Part shown: in pieces, positions 58,849 to 64,000 of the stretch | Layout of the letters: each line of letters opens with the position of its first letter | Numbering within the stretch: the stretch's first letter is position 1 | Assembly (NCBI GenBank): GCA_937876125.1 | Contig: CALEHF010000264.1 | Span: forward strand, 267 to 64,266 | DNA: 64,000 nt | Direction: 5' to 3' | Source: an uncultured bacterium | GTDB lineage: Bacteria > Planctomycetota > UBA8108 > UBA1146 | The notes under the pieces: model-generated | The model's input: the letters and a program-made list of their open reading frames with translations, nothing else | What the model was told of the DNA's origin: nothing | Databases searched by the model: none | Program-made: the position numbers and the translations under genes

Positions 58849-61608
58849 CTACGGATACTGCCCACAGTCGAGCGTGTCGAGGTCGGTCGGGTCGGGGCCC
58901 ACGCTGGGGAAGGGCGCCGCGGGCGCGGTTCCCCCGGTGAACAGATACGCGAGGAGATAGACTGCGTCTGCTAGGTTGGGAGACCCGCTGTCATTCGCGT
59001 CGATCGCATCGAGACAGCCGACGCTTGTGCCGCTGAACAGATAACTGAGAATCATCACCACGTCCGCGAGATTGACGGCACCGCTCCCATTCGCATCGCC
59101 GCGGAGAAATGGGATCTGCGGAATCGTCAGCAGCTCGACGAGAGCCCCCATCAGCTGGTCGCGAGTGGTCGTGGTGTTGAACAGCCCACCAAATTCGAAG
59201 CTCGCTCCGACGGTACGGTAGTTCGCCGCCTCGCGGTAGATCGCGACGTCGTAGATCGCGAAGGGGCCGTTTGTGAGCAACGAGACTGCGGGGGGAAGCG
59301 GGGCGAGTTCGTCGATGAACGAGTTCTCGCCACCGTAGGGCATCGAGACGAACGAGAAGTCGACAGTCCCGACGTTTTGACCGGTGATCGTGTCGAGGTC
59401 GTTCAAGCCGTCGAAAAAGCCATCGATCGAGAAGAGCGGGTGCAACGTCGTCGCTGGGTCGAACGCCCAGGTATCCGCACCTTCGAGGTAGAGCGCGCTG
59501 CCGCCGAAGTCATTGGTCAAGTATTCGACCAGCGGAATCGCTTCCGCTTCGGTGAGCACGTGGTTCGAGGGAGACACCCCGAGGTTGACCCAGATCCGCT
59601 CGAACTGATCGAGACTCCCACCGGCGGAGATGTCCTCGACCGAGATCACCGACTTGCCATTCGCGATCAGTGAGTTGACCAGAGCCAAGCCGCCGTCGAT
59701 CCCTCCCGCAGCGTCGGGGGGAGACCAGACGAGATCGGTCGCGCCGTTGGTGACGAATGCGACACAGACCCTGCGTGGCGACGCAACGCCGCCGTTCATC
59801 CCAAGGATTGTGTAGGGGTGACTTCCCGCGGAGACCGCCATGTCGACGAAACTGGTCGTCGCGCCCGTGAGGGTCACCACGGGCAGACCCCCCCGAGAGA
59901 TCTCGAAGAATTCGTAGCTGTCGGGGGTGCTCCAGCTGAGAGTCACGTCGCTGCCCACCACGGTACAGTCGAAGGTGGCGACCGGGTTCGGCGCGGTTGC
60001 GAAGTCGAGCAGGACACGCAGATCGAGGCGACCCCACCCCATGAACTGGTCCCAACCCGGAGTGTCTTCGCCCGAGGGGCCGACCTGATCGGCACACGCC
60101 GAAGTGAGCATCGCGCGCACCTCTACCGAGGTGAGATCGGGGCGTAGTGAGAGCAGCAGACCCGCAGCGCCCGCGACGTAGGGACACGCCGCCGAGGTGC
60201 CGTTGAACTCGGGAATGTAGTCCCCTGGGTCCCGGCCCGTGGGCCCGACGATGTCGGTGGTCTGAAGTTTCACTCCCGGCGCAATCAGATCGAGCTCGAG
60301 TCCGTGGTTGCTCCCCCAAAAGGTCTCGCCGTCGCAGGAGGTCGGACTTTTCCGTTCGTCGCAAGGGCTCGAAGCCCCGACTGCGATCACCTCTGGGTAC
60401 TTCGCAGGGTAGACAATCGGGCCGTTGGTGTTTCCGGCGGCGAAGACGAGCACGCACCCGAGGCCGCCGCGTCCGACCGCCAGGGAGTACTGCAATGCGG
60501 ATTGAAGTGCGCTCGAAGGCGGAATCCCCCCCCATGAATTGGAGAGGACATCGGCGCCGGCGTCGGTCGCCCAGGTGATCGCGTCGATTTGCCATGCGAG
60601 CTCCGACCAATGGTCGGCGTAGCCGATCCGCACCGGCATCACCGTGGCGTTCCAACAGACTCCCGCGATTCCGATGCCGTTGTTCCCGGCGGCGGCAGCG
60701 ATGCCCGCGCAGGCGGTCCCATGTTCATCGTCGGGGAGCGCGTTCCCCGGAGAATTTCCCGGTGAAAGTTGGTCGGTCGCTTCGTAGCCGACACCGAGGC
60801 GCGGTGACAGATCGGGGTGTGTGAAGTCGACCCCCTCGTCGAGGATCGCAATCTTTATGCTGGAGACTCCGGTGCCGAGGTCCCAGGCGAGCGGCGCGTT
60901 CATGTCCGCCCCTGCGATCCAACCGGGGGTCTGCGCAGTGTTCTCGAGTGCCCATTGCGTCGGGAAGAGGGGATCGTTGGGCACGCTAAGAGACGGCAGG
61001 TGCACGATGAAGTTCACCTCAGCGGAGGCGACCTCCGGCCAGGCAGCGATCTCGCGAGCGCGTGCGTGGCTCCCGGTGCCCGGGCCGTCGATGGCGACGT
61101 GCAGGATCGGGGTCAGTCCAGGGAACTCGCGGATGAAGCGCGCGCCAGTCGCGGCGAGACGCTCGATGACCGATGCGGTGTCGGCGCCGCGTTCGAGGAC
61201 GACGATGAGTTCCGGCGCGGGGACGAGGGGGACGCCGTCGAAGTCGCGAATTTCGCTCGCGAAACGTACCCCTCTGGTCGAATGTAGACGCGCGATCGCG
61301 CGATCGAAGTCCTCCCCAGAGAGCACCGTCCCGAAGTCGATGAACCAGAGGCCGCGGTAGCCTTTTGGGGTTGCCTGGGGACCCGATGTCGATAAGAGCT
61401 CAGCGATCCTCGCGAGCGTGCCATCGACCGTCTCCGGAAGGACCTCATTGTTCTCGCCGACAAGGATCGCAATCTGCGATGGGATGCGGTGCCCCGGCAG
61501 GGCTGCGTCTGAGTGCCCCGCGGTCGCAGATTCTGCGGCGGAGCTCGAACGAGGTGCGGTGAGGCACACGACAAACCCTAGGAGCAAAATCAGCGAGCGA
61601 GGAGTCAT
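58849..61608 (-). CDS. Secreted subtilisin-like S8 serine protease with the dockerin-like C-terminal module (CTD member 5; lacks the 2nd and 4th Cys)
   Basis: Signal peptide. Catalytic triad boxes AILDEGVD, HGTACAGIAAA and GTSAACPYVAGAAGLL. C-terminus FLRGDANGSGAVNLADVVMILSYLF...ANDSGSPNLADAVYLLAYLF...PAAPFPSVGPDPTDLDTLDCGQYP. Confidence 0.85.
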   Translation of the reverse strand: MTPRSLILLLGFVVCLTAPRSSSAAESATAGHSDAALPGHRIPSQIAILVGENNEVLPETVDGTLARIAELLSTSGPQATPKGYRGLWFIDFGTVLSGEDFDRAIARLHSTRGVRFASEIRDFDGVPLVPAPELIVVLERGADTASVIERLAATGARFIREFPGLTPILHVAIDGPGTGSHARAREIAAWPEVASAEVNFIVHLPSLSVPNDPLFPTQWALENTAQTPGWIAGADMNAPLAWDLGTGVSSIKIAILDEGVDFTHPDLSPRLGVGYEATDQLSPGNSPGNALPDDEHGTACAGIAAAAGNNGIGIAGVCWNATVMPVRIGYADHWSELAWQIDAITWATDAGADVLSNSWGGIPPSSALQSALQYSLAVGRGGLGCVLVFAAGNTNGPIVYPAKYPEVIAVGASSPCDERKSPTSCDGETFWGSNHGLELDLIAPGVKLQTTDIVGPTGRDPGDYIPEFNGTSAACPYVAGAAGLLLSLRPDLTSVEVRAMLTSACADQVGPSGEDTPGWDQFMGWGRLDLRVLLDFATAPNPVATFDCTVVGSDVTLSWSTPDSYEFFEISRGGLPVVTLTGATTSFVDMAVSAGSHPYTILGMNGGVASPRRVCVAFVTNGATDLVWSPPDAAGGIDGGLALVNSLIANGKSVISVEDISAGGSLDQFERIWVNLGVSPSNHVLTEAEAIPLVEYLTNDFGGSALYLEGADTWAFDPATTLHPLFSIDGFFDGLNDLDTITGQNVGTVDFSFVSMPYGGENSFIDELAPLPPAVSLLTNGPFAIYDVAIYREAANYRTVGASFEFGGLFNTTTTRDQLMGALVELLTIPQIPFLRGDANGSGAVNLADVVMILSYLFSGTSVGCLDAIDANDSGSPNLADAVYLLAYLFTGGTAPAAPFPSVGPDPTDLDTLDCGQYP

Positions 61609-61685
61609 GCTGCACCTCTCTGCGAGCCAGCAACGTTAAGAAGCGGCTCGGACGACGACACGCCGCCCGAGCCGCAAAGTGGAGG

Positions 61686-63800
61686 TTACTGAACTGTGAC
61701 TGAGATGCCAATCACCTCGCCCCCGAGGCTCGTCACCACAGTGACCACTGGCGCCGGACCGGGGTTGACCGGTGAGTTGCGCTCTCGCACTTCCCAATCG
61801 CCGAGGGTGTCGACAACCGAGCTGCCGATGAGCGGTCCCGAGGTACCGATCCCGAGATAGATCGTAACGGTGTGACCTGGCCCCGGAATGCTCGACGTAC
61901 CGTTGATGCGCCACATCGCCTTGCTGGTCGTATAGGTCGCTTGAGAGATGTTGAGCGTCGGTACCGCTCCCGCCGGGGTGTCGATCGTGACCGTGTCGCT
62001 CGCCATGCCGAACGGGCCGTTGGCGGTGAGCTGGAAGGTCAGCACGTTCTGCCCCGGCGGCATCGTGAAGACCGGACTGAGCACGGTCGGGTCACTCAGC
62101 GTGACGGTCGCGCCCGCGATCTGTGTCCAGAGAACGTTGTCGAACAGCCCGTCGGCACTCCCGTTGAGAGCTACGAAATCCCCCTCGGCTGCCGTCAGGT
62201 CCGCTCCCGCATTCACGATCGGAGGCAGGGAACCGGTGACGTTCGTGACCACGACCAGATCGGTCGAGCTGGCTCCGAGGCCGTCGGTCACCGTAAGGAC
62301 GATAGTAACTTCGATCGGATCGAGCGGAAGCGTGATCGTCGCGACCGGAGAACTTGCGTTCGTTATCGCGGGCGCCGCTCCTGCGGGGAGGACCGAGGCG
62401 ACCGACCACGAGAAGGTGAGCGCGCCGACCGAGTTGCTGCCGTCGAGAATCAAGGTGCCCCCCGGAGCGCCCGTGACATCGACGCCCGCGTCGGCAAGCA
62501 GCGCCGCCGTGAGCCCGGTCACGACCACGTCGGTGACGGTGCGCCCTCCGGCGGCCGAATCGAGCGTGATCGTCTTCGGCGGGACGGAGATCCCCGTGAC
62601 GGTGAGGGTGCCGGTCGGATCGAGCGTTCCCCCTCCGACCCCGGACGCACCGACACCGATGGAGAGCGACTGAGCGCCGACCGAGTCGGAACTGTTTCCG
62701 CGCACGACCAGCGTGCCCGTACTTTCATCGAACGACGCTTGAATGATCCGAACGAGGTCGGTCAGCGGCGCAACGACCGTGGTCGTGGGTAGGTCGGTGT
62801 AGTTGGTGACCGAGGCGGTCTCCGGAACGGCTTGCGCGTTCGAGATCGGGAAGCGGGCGAAGTAGTTACCGGTCCCCACTTCGTTGATCAGTGCAAACTC
62901 GGTGGATCCGTCCACCGAGGCGCGAAGATCCTGGCCCGGGAACGAGGTGGCCCAGACGCCGACCATGGTGCCCGCAGCGTTCTTCGTATAAGTCGCACGA
63001 TCGATGGTGACCCCGAAGTTCGTGGCGAGCTTGCCGGTCACGATGAAGTTGGGTGTTTGGATGCAGTCGGTCAGTAAGAGCGGATCGGGGCCGAGCGCCG
63101 GATCCGCGCAGAGGTTCGCAGCACCGCGGGCGCCGACGCCCGGGCCTTCGATGCGGAAGTAGTTCGCGCCAATTGGAGATCCGATGACCGTGTGCTCGAC
63201 GCCAATATCGCCGATGAGTCCCGCCGGCGGAGCGGGCGCCACCGCAGGATCCCACTCGAGAAACGGGCCGATCCCGGCATTCAGAAGGCCGGTGAACGGC
63301 GCCGCGCCAAAACCGCGGTCATCGGCGTGGTTGATCTCTCCAAGGCTATCGGACTCGAGATCGATCACCTCGTACGGAGTGGTGATGGTGTAGGAGCTGT
63401 TCGGTTGCAGTCCCTCGATCCGAATGCGGAGGCGACCGAACGACACCTGATCGCCATCGATGACATCGCCGATCGCAAAGGCGCCCTCGAAGGCGATGAC
63501 CAAGGCCGCGTTGCCGCCGGCGGTCGGCGTGGCGGCATCGCAGGTGTACCAGAACACCTCATCTGGGAAGTTGTCTGGGAACGCGAGCGGAAGAAGAACG
63601 TCGGGGCGCTGAAATGCGCAGAGCGCTTCATCGTCACAGAGCCCGAGCACGACACCGTTGGTATCTTCGAGCCACCTCGGGAAGCCGTGAACGGAGTCGA
63701 TCGGGCCCACTGTTTGAATTGTCTGGGCCATGGCGCTCGTTGCGCCGATAAAGAGCAGCCCCATGAGAGCCGCTGAAATCCATCCCTTACGTACGCGCAA
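61686..63800 (-). CDS. Secreted PKD/Ig-like-domain protein (hypothetical)
   Basis: AAGGAGG RBS sits 6 nt before the TTG at 63800. Signal peptide ...ISAALMGLLFIGATSAMA. PKD-like VNAGADLTAAEGDFVALNGSAD and Thr/Val-rich Ig-like repeats. Confidence 0.6.
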   Translation of the reverse strand: MRVRKGWISAALMGLLFIGATSAMAQTIQTVGPIDSVHGFPRWLEDTNGVVLGLCDDEALCAFQRPDVLLPLAFPDNFPDEVFWYTCDAATPTAGGNAALVIAFEGAFAIGDVIDGDQVSFGRLRIRIEGLQPNSSYTITTPYEVIDLESDSLGEINHADDRGFGAAPFTGLLNAGIGPFLEWDPAVAPAPPAGLIGDIGVEHTVIGSPIGANYFRIEGPGVGARGAANLCADPALGPDPLLLTDCIQTPNFIVTGKLATNFGVTIDRATYTKNAAGTMVGVWATSFPGQDLRASVDGSTEFALINEVGTGNYFARFPISNAQAVPETASVTNYTDLPTTTVVAPLTDLVRIIQASFDESTGTLVVRGNSSDSVGAQSLSIGVGASGVGGGTLDPTGTLTVTGISVPPKTITLDSAAGGRTVTDVVVTGLTAALLADAGVDVTGAPGGTLILDGSNSVGALTFSWSVASVLPAGAAPAITNASSPVATITLPLDPIEVTIVLTVTDGLGASSTDLVVVTNVTGSLPPIVNAGADLTAAEGDFVALNGSADGLFDNVLWTQIAGATVTLSDPTVLSPVFTMPPGQNVLTFQLTANGPFGMASDTVTIDTPAGAVPTLNISQATYTTSKAMWRINGTSSIPGPGHTVTIYLGIGTSGPLIGSSVVDTLGDWEVRERNSPVNPGPAPVVTVVTSLGGEVIGISVTVQ

Positions 63801-64000
63801 TGGAAACCTCCTTGATAGGGAACTCTGCCTGTGCACCCCCCTCGATGGCTGACGAACCCCCGTCCGTCGAGACGACCACCTGCAGGTGCTTCCCACCACA
63901 GAACTCCGACTGGTCTTGACTCGCCGCTCCGGCAATCGCATTGAACTCAGGAGCCCCCTCGGTACCGGCGAGGAGGGGGACCGGGGTCGACGCGAACACG

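Overview
This is a GC-rich (about 65-70%) bacterial chromosomal segment with dense coding on both strands. No rRNA, tRNA, CRISPR array, transposase or integrase could be recognised by eye. Because of the GC bias, nearly every real gene is shadowed by long arginine-rich antisense ORFs; these were discounted (see noticed_but_rejected).

Left to right the window contains:
- **1-7.4 kb, minus strand:** a complete F1Fo ATP synthase operon, atpZ-atpI-atpB-atpE-atpF-atpH-atpA-atpG-atpD. atpD runs off the window edge. A 17-bp x3 tandem repeat sits in the atpF-atpH spacer.
- **7.6-10.6 kb:** a 985-aa secreted TPR protein with an HExxH peptidase-MA-like domain and an in-frame 15-bp VNTR.
- **11.4-16.5 kb:** a Calx-beta protein ending in a dockerin-like C-terminal module. 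It is immediately followed by a lipoprotein made of four tandem CxxC-x9/10-CxxC zinc-ribbon knuckles, a beta-barrel-like protein, a Kv-type K+ channel with a C-terminal zinc ribbon, and a small secreted protein.
- **16.8-23.7 kb:** clpC with a clear rho-independent terminator, a hybrid sensor histidine kinase, and a minus-strand operon of a frameshifted SAM methyltransferase coupled to an APH-family kinase.
- **24.3-31.6 kb:** PspA/IM30, then a NitT/TauT-type ABC importer whose membrane-anchored substrate-binding protein is fused to an OmpA-like peptidoglycan-binding domain. This is followed by a membrane coiled-coil protein translationally coupled to a two-domain classic-clade AAA ATPase (a possible ESCRT-III/Vps4-like pair) and a small ORF.
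- **31.7-38.9 kb:** two tandem paralogous about 700-aa PilX_N-domain proteins, a zinc-ribbon membrane protein, and a secreted protein with about ten 33-aa tandem repeats.
- **39.1-43.8 kb:** a tight operon for the carboxy(nor)spermidine dehydrogenase/decarboxylase spermidine pathway, followed by a truncated haemoglobin, a TylM1-like N-methyltransferase, a hypothetical and a GNAT acetyltransferase.
- **44.5-63.8 kb:** a secreted-hydrolase island. It holds a DUF1028 Ntn-hydrolase, a beta-helix protein, a 2039-aa repeat giant with a C-terminal gingipain-like C25 peptidase, an isoaspartyl peptidase plus cyanophycinase-like S51 pair, an M43-like zinc metalloprotease with a PPC domain, an S8 subtilase and a PKD-domain protein.

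The most interesting observation is a shared module on five otherwise unrelated secreted proteins: Calx-beta, DUF1028, beta-helix, M43 and S8. All end in the same roughly 88-aa C-terminal unit: F-x-R-G-D, then two dockerin/EF-hand-like Ca-binding loops, then a Pro-rich, four-cysteine tail ending in Cys-Pro. It looks like a lineage-specific cargo-tagging, anchoring or secretion domain whose partner (cohesin-like scaffold or processing enzyme) is not identified here.
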